A stretch of 64,000 nucleotides of DNA, taken from an uncultured delta proteobacterium. GTDB lineage: Bacteria > Desulfobacterota > Binatia > UBA9968. The stretch lies in assembly GCA_963804165.1 (NCBI GenBank), contig CAWDPO010000002.1:96001-160000 (forward strand), given 5' to 3'. The notes below the pieces were generated by a model. That model worked only from the letters and a program-made list of their open reading frames with translations. It did no database searches and was not told where the DNA came from. The position numbers and the translations under genes are program-made. Below are positions 32,549-41,230 of this stretch, one piece after another (the stretch's first letter is position 1; each line of letters starts with the position of its first letter).

Positions 32549-33307
32549 TTATTGCACGGCAGCTGCTTCGCCCTTGAGCCAATCGTAGCCCTTACTCTCC
32601 AGCTCGAGCGCCAATTCTTTCGTGCCGGACTTTACGATTCGGCCGTCGTGCAACACGTGGATGAAATCGGGCACGATGTAATTCAATAAACGTTGATAAT
32701 GGGTAATGACGATCATGGCGCGGTCCGGCCGCCGCAGCGCATTGACCCCGTTGGCGACGACGCGCAGCGCGTCGATATCGAGGCCCGAATCCGTTTCGTC
32801 GAGCAACGCCAGCATGGGATCCAACACCGCCATTTGTAAAATCTCGTTGCGTTTTTTTTCGCCGCCGGAAAAGCCTTCGTTCAGCGGCCGATTGATCAGC
32901 GCCTGATCCATTTCCACCAGTTTCAATTTTTCTTTAATCAGAGTGAGGAACTCCATCGCGTCCAGCTCTTCGAGACCGTTGTGTTTCCGCACCGCGTTGA
33001 GCGCGGCTTTGAGGAAATAGGTCGTACTGACCCCGGGAATCTCGACGGGGTATTGGAACGCAAGAAAAATCCCTTCGCGGGCGCGCAACTCCGGGCTCAT
33101 GGCCAGGAGATCTTTGCCGCGGTAAAACACTTCACCGCCGGTGACTTCGTAGTTTTCGCGTCCCGACAAGACATGCGCCAGAGTACTTTTTCCCGAACCA
33201 TTCGGTCCCATGATCGCATGCACTTCACCCGCGCCGACATGAAGGTCGATGCCGCGCAAGATTTCCCGACTGCCAACCTTTGCCGTAAGCCCGTGAATAT
33301 CCAACAT
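32549..33307 (-). CDS. sufC: Fe-S cluster assembly ATPase
   Basis: GPNGSGKST, AFQYPVEIPGV, FSGGEKKRNE and LDETDSGLDID. Confidence 0.95.
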   Translation of the reverse strand: MLDIHGLTAKVGSREILRGIDLHVGAGEVHAIMGPNGSGKSTLAHVLSGRENYEVTGGEVFYRGKDLLAMSPELRAREGIFLAFQYPVEIPGVSTTYFLKAALNAVRKHNGLEELDAMEFLTLIKEKLKLVEMDQALINRPLNEGFSGGEKKRNEILQMAVLDPMLALLDETDSGLDIDALRVVANGVNALRRPDRAMIVITHYQRLLNYIVPDFIHVLHDGRIVKSGTKELALELESKGYDWLKGEAAAVQ

Positions 33308-33335
33308 GCTCAAACCTTTCGAAATTCCCTGTCGC

Positions 33336-33827
33336 TCAAACCGCCTTTTGCAGGGGCGCTTTAACCAATCGCCGTTTGAGGCCTTGTCGGTCCGCAATCT
33401 CGGCGAGCGAGACGCCGGCGAGAAATTCGGCGAGCACGATCTGCGCCTTTTCCCAGACCGATTTTTGCGAGCACACCGCGCAAAAAGAACAATAATTGGC
33501 GCCCTGTTCGAGACACTCCATCAACACCAGCGGTCGCTCGACGGTCTCGTAAACATCCTTGATCGAGATCGCCTCCGCGACCTTGGCGAGGGTAAAGCCG
33601 CCTTTGGAGCCGATGTGCGACTGGACCAATCCGCCAGCGACTAGATCTTTCATGATTTTGGATAGATAGAATGACGGAATATCCTGGCTCTTCTCGATCT
33701 CGGCTCGGCTAATGATCTTGCCCGCCGGTTGTCCGGCAAGATAAGACAACGCCCGGACCGCATAATCCACGCGTCGCCCGACGTTCATTAATGAACTGCG
33801 TACGCCCTTAACCTTCGCGCGATTCAC
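33336..33827 (-). CDS. Rrf2-family transcriptional regulator with Cys cluster (IscR/SufR-like)
   Basis: DYAVRAL, G.KGGF.LA and C-terminal ECLEQGANYCSFCAVC; GAGG RBS before GTG 33827. Confidence 0.9.
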   Translation of the reverse strand: MNRAKVKGVRSSLMNVGRRVDYAVRALSYLAGQPAGKIISRAEIEKSQDIPSFYLSKIMKDLVAGGLVQSHIGSKGGFTLAKVAEAISIKDVYETVERPLVLMECLEQGANYCSFCAVCSQKSVWEKAQIVLAEFLAGVSLAEIADRQGLKRRLVKAPLQKAV

Positions 33828-33844
33828 GATTGCCTCACAATTTG

Positions 33845-33874
33845 AATATAGACTCTGTAAGTCTGCATTGTCAA
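33845..33874 (-). promoter_or_regulatory. Sigma70 promoter of the SUF operon with overlapping IscR type-1-like operator
   Basis: TTGACA-18 bp-TATATT; the spacer holds the palindrome ATGCAGACT-TACAG-AGTCTATAT (GACT-N5-AGTC). Confidence 0.75.
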
Positions 33875-34078
33875 GGTGGCAAGACGAGAGCCTGATTCCA
33901 CCGCGGATTACGAAGTCGGGACCAATGGTAGACGGATTATTCGGTCATCCCGGACCACCCGACGTCGGGCGCCGTCGCGGAGCTATAAAATAACTAATAG
34001 TCGGATACACGCCGATTAGAATACCAACGCTGCCGGTGTCACGGCGATTTCTTCGAACGGAAGAGTCCATTCACCTTC

Positions 34079-34792
34079 TCACGTCCGCGATGCCAAGAAG
34101 TCATCGACGGCCCGATTGACTTCGTCTGGTTGTTCCGCGAAAGGGAAATGACCGGCATGTTTGAGTTTCAGATATTGCGAGCCGGAAACGGCGTTGTGTA
34201 TCTCAAGCTCATACTCCGGTGTCGAAGCGGGATCGTCGACTCCGCGTATCAGGAGCAGTGGTGGCGCGAGCGTATGAATTCGCTCGCGCACATCGAAATG
34301 ATCGATCGCCATGAAATCACGGTGTTGCGATAACGGCCCTACCCTGCGGTGACACTCCACGAGATGGTCCCGCAATTCCGGCTTCATGAACAAGAATTGA
34401 TGGCGCATGGTTTCCAGCCATTGCCGGTATGTTCCAGGATCCGCCGCGGCCTTCAAGCGAAACTCCAGCGCACCCCCCGCTCGCTCCCTCGGTCGCATCC
34501 CGGTGGTCATCAACACAAGTGCTTTCACCTCCTCGGGATAGTCGAGGCCATACTGGAGTGCGATGCAACCACCCAGCGTATAACCGACCAGTATCAGCTC
34601 TTTCTGTTTGCCCTTAGACCACAACCACCCTCTTAGCCACTCGGTATATCGTTCCACATTGGTGCAGGGCGCACCGTCCGGATGGCCGGGCAATGTCGGC
34701 GCGAGACTGCCGGGATAGTGTTCGAGCTGATAAACGAATGAGTCGGCGCATCCTCCGGCGCCAGGCCCATGGACAAAAACCATTTGAGTCAT
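34079..34792 (-). CDS. Alpha/beta hydrolase fold protein
   Basis: FVHGPG, LPGH, GYTLGG elbow, RGVDD and AGHFPFAEQP. Confidence 0.85.
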   Translation of the reverse strand: MTQMVFVHGPGAGGCADSFVYQLEHYPGSLAPTLPGHPDGAPCTNVERYTEWLRGWLWSKGKQKELILVGYTLGGCIALQYGLDYPEEVKALVLMTTGMRPRERAGGALEFRLKAAADPGTYRQWLETMRHQFLFMKPELRDHLVECHRRVGPLSQHRDFMAIDHFDVRERIHTLAPPLLLIRGVDDPASTPEYELEIHNAVSGSQYLKLKHAGHFPFAEQPDEVNRAVDDFLASRT

Positions 34793-34858
34793 AGGTTGCT
34801 CCTAGGCATGGGACGCGAGGCGACAGTCAGACGTTCCTTTCCGATTCGTCCCACGGCT

Positions 34859-35128
34859 TCACTCCTCCTCAATTGCCCGCACCATCGTCACCACACTTTT
34901 GTTGACGGCAAGAAACGGCGCGTCGAACTTCTCGTTTGGCTCCGGCAGCGCTTCCACTTTCGCGTCCGTCAGGGCGAGAAAGTGCTTATCCGCATTGTTT
35001 AGAAAGTCAGATAGCCGCACACTGTATCCGCCCACCCCTGCCAGTGGCACGAACAGCGTTCCTCTGATTTTGTAGGTGTCAGTGAAAATCTCGACTTCAA
35101 TTCGATAGCCCTTGGCCTCCGCCATCAT
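34859..35128 (-). CDS. Small conserved hypothetical protein (DUF6812-like)
   Basis: IRGTLF...RLSDFLN...FLALTDA...FLAVNK pattern; GAGGA RBS. Confidence 0.65.
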   Translation of the reverse strand: MMAEAKGYRIEVEIFTDTYKIRGTLFVPLAGVGGYSVRLSDFLNNADKHFLALTDAKVEALPEPNEKFDAPFLAVNKSVVTMVRAIEEE

Positions 35129-35240
35129 CGCATCCTCGCTGGATGATTAAGACTCGCCATCGCCGCGTGGGGACAAAACATGTGTGCTCGCTCGGGTCAC
35201 CTTACTTTACGGTCGCAACGCGTGGCGAAGCGTCATCGCG

Positions 35241-36593
35241 TTAAGCGCATAACCGGATTAACTCCCTTACATCGACCAGTTTATCGAGGCTCCCGATCAA
35301 ATCACGCATTTGCTGCGCGCGATCACGGCCGATCACGGGCTCGGCGTTTGCCATGAATTTTGCCTCGAGCGCGGCCTCGCTCATGGGATTGTCCGCCGTT
35401 CCGGTGGCGTGCTCAATAAACGCACGATGTTTCACACCATCGATGACGACGACCGCCTCTGCCTCGTCGTTGCCGAGTGATTCGTCGATCATCACCTTCA
35501 CTTTGCGCCGTAGGGCGATCACGGACGGATCGCTGGCGCGTCCGTCGGTGTACTGCGGGATACGCGCCGCGCCGTCGATAAGCGCCACGGCTGCGCTGTG
35601 ATAGACGCTGAACTTGGATTGCAGTCCCGACGCGGGCTCCTCGAGGCCGGTCACCGAAACGACGAGAGGATTGACGCGCAATTCGATAGCATCGATCCGG
35701 GCGGGATCGATTGTAACCTGGGAGCGTAGGGCGATCACCGCGTCGATCACCGGATGCTGCACGACTCCGCAGGCGTAGGGCTTGTGGCCGTTGCGCGTGA
35801 TCTCCCAGCGGGAGCCCAACTCATCGGTGAGCGCTTGCGGCGCCGCCACGTCGCTGTAGATGCGGCAGTAGCCGCGCTTGCCTTCGATGATTTCCAGCGA
35901 GCCGTCGAAGCCGCGCTCGGCGAGGAGCGCGGCCAGCACGCCGCTCGATGCCGCCTTGCCGGCGTGAAATGACTTGCACATCGTGCCGCGATTCTGCTGC
36001 ATGCCTGCCGACTGGGTCGCAGCGATCGCCATTGCGTGGTTCAGGCGCTTGGCATCAAGCTTGAGCAGCTTTCCCGCCGCGACGCCGGCCGCGATGCTGC
36101 CGAGCGTGCCGGTCAAGTGCCAGCCGCCTCGATGATGTCCCGGCGCCGTCCGGCCGGTACGCACACCCGCTTCGAATCCCACGGCGTAGGCAAGCAGAAA
36201 GTCCGCACCGCTCACCAGATCTCGCTCGGCAATCGCGAACAGCGCGGCAAGCGTCGGCGAACTCGCGTGCAGCAGTGTACCGCCCATATGTGTGTCGTCG
36301 TAGTCGAGCACGTGCCCGGCCTGGCCGTTGGCGATCGGCGCATCGAGAAATCCCAGCTTCAAGCCGCGTCCGAAAACCGTCGCCTGCGGCCTTCCGCCCG
36401 CCTCCTGCAGCACCGCCAGCAGATGATCGAGGGTTGGATGGCGGCTTCCCGCGACCACACAACCCAACCAGTCGAGCACTCCGCGCTTGCCTTCGTCGAT
36501 CGCTCTGCGGGGCAATTCAGCAAACCGCACCGACGCCATCCGCGCGCAGAATTCACGCGTCGCTCCTGAGACTTCCGGGGCTGCGTCGTTCAA
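35241..36593 (-). CDS. MmgE/PrpD family protein
   Basis: HVLDYDDTH, GWHLTGT, KSFHAGKAA, KPYACG and GTADNPMS. Confidence 0.9.
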   Translation of the reverse strand: MNDAAPEVSGATREFCARMASVRFAELPRRAIDEGKRGVLDWLGCVVAGSRHPTLDHLLAVLQEAGGRPQATVFGRGLKLGFLDAPIANGQAGHVLDYDDTHMGGTLLHASSPTLAALFAIAERDLVSGADFLLAYAVGFEAGVRTGRTAPGHHRGGWHLTGTLGSIAAGVAAGKLLKLDAKRLNHAMAIAATQSAGMQQNRGTMCKSFHAGKAASSGVLAALLAERGFDGSLEIIEGKRGYCRIYSDVAAPQALTDELGSRWEITRNGHKPYACGVVQHPVIDAVIALRSQVTIDPARIDAIELRVNPLVVSVTGLEEPASGLQSKFSVYHSAAVALIDGAARIPQYTDGRASDPSVIALRRKVKVMIDESLGNDEAEAVVVIDGVKHRAFIEHATGTADNPMSEAALEAKFMANAEPVIGRDRAQQMRDLIGSLDKLVDVRELIRLCA

Positions 36594-36739
36594 CGTGTCA
36601 CTCCCCCTCTCAACCGGCTCTCGGCCGGTTCTTCGACGAGCACTGCCTAAAACAGAATCGGTGTCAGAAATTCACAGCTACGATCAGTCACTAACGGTCA
36701 GGTCATGAGCAAAGTGCCCGGTGAATAAACGTACAGTTG

Positions 36740-37624
36740 CTACCCAAGCTCGAATTCCGGACTTTGGATGTCTCCACCCCAGATATCGACGGGGCTGCCG
36801 ACTGGATAGATTATCGGCTGATGAGTGGCGTCGTCGAGACGTCGATGGCCCCAGCCGAACTCAACGGCGAATCCGCCCGGGGTTTGCACGTAAACATGGA
36901 CGGTCTGACAATTGATATGGCGGCCGGGTCCCATGCCGATCGGCGCTTTGTGAATGCGCAAGAAATGATACGAGCGCATGACATCGTCGAGGGACTCCAC
37001 TTCCAGCATCACGTGTTGCAGTCTGGGAGATTTGCCGGGCATGCACGGCGCAAAAGCGACGGAGTGATGGCGCGCATTGCAGCGCAGGAAGCACAAACGA
37101 ACGTTGTCATCGATGTATACCCAGTCGCTCAGGCGAAAACCCAACACAGCCGTGTAGAAATCATGCGACCGCTGGGTATCCCTCACGGTGAGCAGCACGT
37201 GACCCAAACCCAGAACGCTCAGGTCCCGGGTGTAGCGCACCGGCTCTTTTGCGACTTCGAAGCCGTACGCCAGTGCCAGATTGTGTCCGTCGGGGTCGGT
37301 GAATTCGATAAAATCTTTCACACGCCGCTCGATGCACTCTTCCGGCATGCCGTGGCGCCAATGGATGCCTTCGGCTGTGAGCTTGGTCTGCCATTCGGCT
37401 AGCTCTTGCGGACCACCGGCGTCGAAACCGAGATAGCGGAGAGTCGACTCCCGAGCAGTCGACGCCGCGATGCGATGCTGATACCGATCCGCCCGGATAT
37501 ACGTGAGCATCCCATCCGACGACCGGCTCACTGGAAATCCGAGCGTATCGCGCGCAAAAGTTTCGAATCCTTCACGATCCGGCAAGCCCACTCCGACCTG
37601 CATGATATCGATGATTGTCGTCAT
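36740..37624 (-). CDS. Type I extradiol ring-cleavage dioxygenase (BphC/MhpB-like VOC)
   Basis: GLGHVLL, FLRCNARHHS, LQHVMLEV, GRH and YVQTPGGFAVEFGW metal-ligand motifs. Confidence 0.85.
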   Translation of the reverse strand: MTTIIDIMQVGVGLPDREGFETFARDTLGFPVSRSSDGMLTYIRADRYQHRIAASTARESTLRYLGFDAGGPQELAEWQTKLTAEGIHWRHGMPEECIERRVKDFIEFTDPDGHNLALAYGFEVAKEPVRYTRDLSVLGLGHVLLTVRDTQRSHDFYTAVLGFRLSDWVYIDDNVRLCFLRCNARHHSVAFAPCMPGKSPRLQHVMLEVESLDDVMRSYHFLRIHKAPIGMGPGRHINCQTVHVYVQTPGGFAVEFGWGHRRLDDATHQPIIYPVGSPVDIWGGDIQSPEFELG

Positions 37625-37695
37625 GATTGACTTTCCTTTTGGCGCGATGCGAGAGAGCCAGGCTGTGTTTGTTTAATATTGCGGATTTCAGGACA

Positions 37696-37725
37696 CAATA
37701 GTTCAACTGGTTGAAACAGTGCAAC
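37696..37725 (-). promoter_or_regulatory. Putative promoter with palindromic operator upstream of the dioxygenase
   Basis: Minus strand TTGCAC-18 bp-TATTGT with TTCAAC-N2-GTTGAA (37702-37715) in the spacer. Confidence 0.4.
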
Positions 37726-37937
37726 CCGTTCAAAGTTTGATCATCGAAGCAGGTAAGACTTTCCCAGCAAGCACATGATTAAGGAATCCGACGACGATCA
37801 CCCCTTTACTATTCTCCGCGGAAACAAGCCGTGACTAGTGCGCGGACCTTTTTCGATGACGTGAACGTTTGGAATGGATGTTCCCAGTTTACACTCGCCC
37901 TCTTTTTCCTCACGACCCCCTGTGCTAGAAAAATTCC

Positions 37938-38480
37938 ATGTCGATACTCAAGGTCACCCGCCTCGGGCATCCGGTCCTACGTAATATCACCGAGCAAGTG
38001 CCGCTTCAGGAGCTGCAATCCCCGGTCATGCAGAAATTTATCGACGATATGGTCGAGACGATGAAAGAGTATGAGGGCGTCGGCTTGGCGGCCGATCAGG
38101 TTTTTGAGTCGAAGCAAGTTGCCGTGCTCGAGGTCGCGGATAATCCGCGCTATCCGAACAAGCCGGCGGTGCCGCTGACGGTTTTGGTGAATCCCAGAAT
38201 CACGCCGCTGTCCGACGAAATGGAAGAAGACTGGGAAGGCTGTCTCAGCATTCCCGACTTACGCGGCCGGGTGCCGCGTTACAAGAGTATTCATGTTCAG
38301 GCCCTCGACCGCGACGGCAACCCGCTCGACTTCGTCGCCGAAGACTTTCACGCCCGCGTGATTCAGCACGAGTTCGACCATTTGAACGGCAAAGTCTATC
38401 TCGACCGCATGCGCGATTTGACGACGCTCACGTTTCTGCAGGAATTGGCCCGCTATTGGCTCCGTTCCGAGCAGGGTTAG
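37938..38480 (+). CDS. def: Peptide deformylase
   Basis: GVGLAADQ, EGCLS and QHEFDHL motifs. Confidence 0.95.
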   Translation: MSILKVTRLGHPVLRNITEQVPLQELQSPVMQKFIDDMVETMKEYEGVGLAADQVFESKQVAVLEVADNPRYPNKPAVPLTVLVNPRITPLSDEMEEDWEGCLSIPDLRGRVPRYKSIHVQALDRDGNPLDFVAEDFHARVIQHEFDHLNGKVYLDRMRDLTTLTFLQELARYWLRSEQG

Positions 38481-38481
38481 T

Positions 38482-38545
38482 TTTGAGCTTTGAGAGAAAA
38501 GCTTTGAGGCGTGAGTCGGACGTTTTGAAAATCAACGCTCAACGG
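38482..38545. repeat. Degenerate 7-bp periodic repeat with complementary-sense units
   Basis: tttgagc|tttgaga|gaaaagc|tttgagg|cgtgagt, then tcaacgc|tcaacgg. Confidence 0.4.
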
Positions 38546-38589
38546 TTTCCTCCCGGCCCTATCACTCCAGCCTCGTTGAGTTTCCTGTC

Positions 38590-39906
38590 ATGAAAAGTTA
38601 CAGTCGCGCCATGCATTCTCCTCAGCTCGAATCATCTTTGGAACGACTCCTCGGCGCTGTGTCAGCGGGAACCGCGCCGATTTTGGAGCGCGCTCTTTCG
38701 GGCCAAGACATCAGCGTCGACGAAGCGGCGCGGTTATTCGATGCCAACGGGTCGGATCTTTTGGCGATGATCGCCGCGGCCGACGAACTCCGCGCCCGAA
38801 CTGTCGGCGACGTCGTCACCTATGTCATCAATCGCAATATCAATTTCACCAATGTGTGCGTCAAAGCCTGCGGCTTTTGCGCCTTTAGCCGCGGTCATCT
38901 GGCCGAAGAAGGTTATTACCTGCCCAACGAAGAAATTATCCGGCGCGCTCAAGAAGCTCATGACTTGGGCGCGACGGAAGTCTGCGTGCAGGCCGGCCTG
39001 GCGCCGGGCATGGACGGCTGGCACTACGTGAAACTCTGCCGCGCTTTGAAGGAAGCGCTCCCCGATATCCACGTGCACGGCTTTTCCCCTGAGGAAGTGC
39101 TCTACGGCGCGACCCTCACGGGAGTGAGTATTCGCGAGTATCTCGTTGCGCTCAAGGACGCCGGCGTGGGAAGTCTTCCGGGGACTTCGGCGGAAGTTCT
39201 CGTGGACGAAATCCGCCAACAGGTATCGCCGGGACGCATCGGCACCACGCAGTGGGTCGAATTGATCCAAACCGCGCACGAAGTTGGTATCCCCACCACG
39301 TCGACGATCATGTATGGCTACATCGAAAGCTCCCTCGACAAAGCCATCCATTTGAATATTTTGCGGGAAATTCAAAAGCGCACCGGCGGCATCACCGAGT
39401 TCGTGCCGCTCAGTTTCGTCTACGAAGAAGCGCCGATGTTTCACCGCAAACCGCCCGCCGGATTGCGCCGCGGCGCCAGCGGCGCCGAAGTGATGAAAAT
39501 GTATGCGGTGTCGCGATTGATGTTGAACAACACCATTCCCAACCTGCAAGTATCGTGGGTGAAAGAAGGGCCGAAACTGTCGCAAATCGCGCTTCTCGCC
39601 GGCGCCAACGATTTCGGCGGCACGCTGATCAACGAGAGCATTTCCACTGCGGCGGGTGCCGGCTACGGTCAATTGATGAAGCCGTCGCAATTCCGCGGCA
39701 TGATTCGAGAGATGGGGCGCATTCCCGCGGAGCGCTCGACGACCTATCAAAAAATTCGCGTCTTCGAGTCCGAAGATCAGCACCGCGACTTGCTCGATGA
39801 GGTCAACGATCCGTCGCAGCGGTTCGGCTCTTATCAGAATCTCATCCAACTGAAAGAGTACCGCTTTCGCGATTTTTACCGGACGCAAAAAGATCTCAGA
39901 GATTAG
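38590..39906 (+). CDS. cofH: Radical SAM FO synthase subunit CofH
   Basis: NRNINFTNVCVKACGFCAF, PGTSAE, TSTIMYG, EFVPL, NLQVSWVKEG and ANDFGGTLINESIS; SWVK points to CofH rather than MqnC/MqnE. Confidence 0.8.
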   Translation: MKSYSRAMHSPQLESSLERLLGAVSAGTAPILERALSGQDISVDEAARLFDANGSDLLAMIAAADELRARTVGDVVTYVINRNINFTNVCVKACGFCAFSRGHLAEEGYYLPNEEIIRRAQEAHDLGATEVCVQAGLAPGMDGWHYVKLCRALKEALPDIHVHGFSPEEVLYGATLTGVSIREYLVALKDAGVGSLPGTSAEVLVDEIRQQVSPGRIGTTQWVELIQTAHEVGIPTTSTIMYGYIESSLDKAIHLNILREIQKRTGGITEFVPLSFVYEEAPMFHRKPPAGLRRGASGAEVMKMYAVSRLMLNNTIPNLQVSWVKEGPKLSQIALLAGANDFGGTLINESISTAAGAGYGQLMKPSQFRGMIREMGRIPAERSTTYQKIRVFESEDQHRDLLDEVNDPSQRFGSYQNLIQLKEYRFRDFYRTQKDLRD

Positions 39907-39918
39907 TCGGCGGCCCAG

Positions 39919-40566
39919 ATGAATGCTTCAACAGCGATGAACGGCGACCCAGCGCAGTTTGAAGCCATCGGCACTCGCCTCGGATTTAGTGTCGCCGAGC
40001 ACACGCCCGAACGGCTGCGTTTACTTTGGCAAGGTCCGCGTTTCCCAGCGTTTCTTTGCCTTGGCATCGCACTACTCCTGTTGTTCGTGTCGGTACCTAT
40101 CGTGCAAGCTCTGCATCAGCGTGGATTTATCGGACCTGCGGCGTCGCTGTGGTATTTTCCCCTGATGAATTTGATCCTCTTCGGCATCGCGATCTTTCTG
40201 ATCACGCAGCGCCGCGTCATTGAAATCGACGGCGACGCGCGTGTGATTACCCTGCGCCGCCAGAGCCTCTATCGTTCGATAATATTTTGCGCGTCGTACG
40301 GCGAAATCGAGAGCGTGGAACTCGGGGTCGATCAGGTCTACAGCGGCTTTGCCTTGGGCGGCTCTACCGCGGCGCAACAATTCGCCGTCCCATCATTGCG
40401 CCTAGGTCTAAAAAGCGGCGACGCCTTGTTATTGGACCGCGGAAGCTTTCGCAAGCTCACGGAGCTGGGGAAGCTGGTGAGCGAGCGCATTGCAAAACCA
40501 CTCGAGATCGATCCGCAATTGCAGCCGCAAGCGCAAGCGGTTCCGGAAGAAAATTCAGGGAAATAA
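39919..40566 (+). CDS. Hypothetical membrane protein (two TM helices plus a soluble domain)
   Basis: Two hydrophobic segments; follows cofH by 12 bp. Confidence 0.6.
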   Translation: MNASTAMNGDPAQFEAIGTRLGFSVAEHTPERLRLLWQGPRFPAFLCLGIALLLLFVSVPIVQALHQRGFIGPAASLWYFPLMNLILFGIAIFLITQRRVIEIDGDARVITLRRQSLYRSIIFCASYGEIESVELGVDQVYSGFALGGSTAAQQFAVPSLRLGLKSGDALLLDRGSFRKLTELGKLVSERIAKPLEIDPQLQPQAQAVPEENSGK

Positions 40567-40571
40567 GTCGT

Positions 40572-41225
40572 TTAGGAAGCGGCGGCGCGGCCGATCAGCT
40601 GATGTAACTGCGCAATGGCCTTTTTGACCCCTTCTTGGGTCAGCTGCTCGGCGTTCAACCATCTAACACCGCGCGCGCCGATCTCCCCGATGGCGAAAAT
40701 ATTTTCACTCAGCGACTTTTGCGTTTCATCGAAACTCGCGGACCAGATCACATCGCCGCGCCGCACATCGACGAGATCCAACACGAACCCCACCGACGCC
40801 GGACTCTTGGCACCCCACTCGTCGCCCACTCTCTCGCGATAGCGCCGCACTCTGCCGATCATCACGGCGTCGGCGTACACCATCTCACCGAGTTGGCGCA
40901 AGCGCGCCGATTCTCCCGTTGCTGTGATCGTTTGACTGACTTCCCGCACTTCGCTCTCGGATACGATCTGCCAATTGGGGAGGCTATTCATCACGGAATA
41001 GATGATCCGCGCTAGCGTTTCCGACGGATCGCGCTCGGCATTTTTCGCTTCGCCTGGCCCTGCGGGCGTTCTCAAACGCTGTGCGCTATTGTCGCCCGGC
41101 AGCATGACTGCAATCCGCCGGATGCGTCGCGCTTCCAAGTCCGTGGAATGCCGGCTTTGCAGATTGCCGGGCCCGAAGCTGCAGCTGCACAGCAAAAGCA
41201 TGAGAAGTGAGAAAACTTTTACCAT
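40572..41225 (-). CDS. Putative lipoprotein (CsgG/DUF799-like fold)
   Basis: MVKVFSLLMLLLCSC lipobox-like start; IAVM, ADAVMIG.V and G.VIWSA pattern. Confidence 0.6.
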   Translation of the reverse strand: MVKVFSLLMLLLCSCSFGPGNLQSRHSTDLEARRIRRIAVMLPGDNSAQRLRTPAGPGEAKNAERDPSETLARIIYSVMNSLPNWQIVSESEVREVSQTITATGESARLRQLGEMVYADAVMIGRVRRYRERVGDEWGAKSPASVGFVLDLVDVRRGDVIWSASFDETQKSLSENIFAIGEIGARGVRWLNAEQLTQEGVKKAIAQLHQLIGRAAAS

Positions 41226-41230
41226 ACCAA

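Noticed and set aside
38734-39888. 384-aa antisense ORF opposite cofH (similarly 36737..37402 opposite the dioxygenase and the off-frame 31633..32472 within sufD)
   Set aside because: Shadow ORFs of GC-rich coding genes; no recognisable motifs or RBS.
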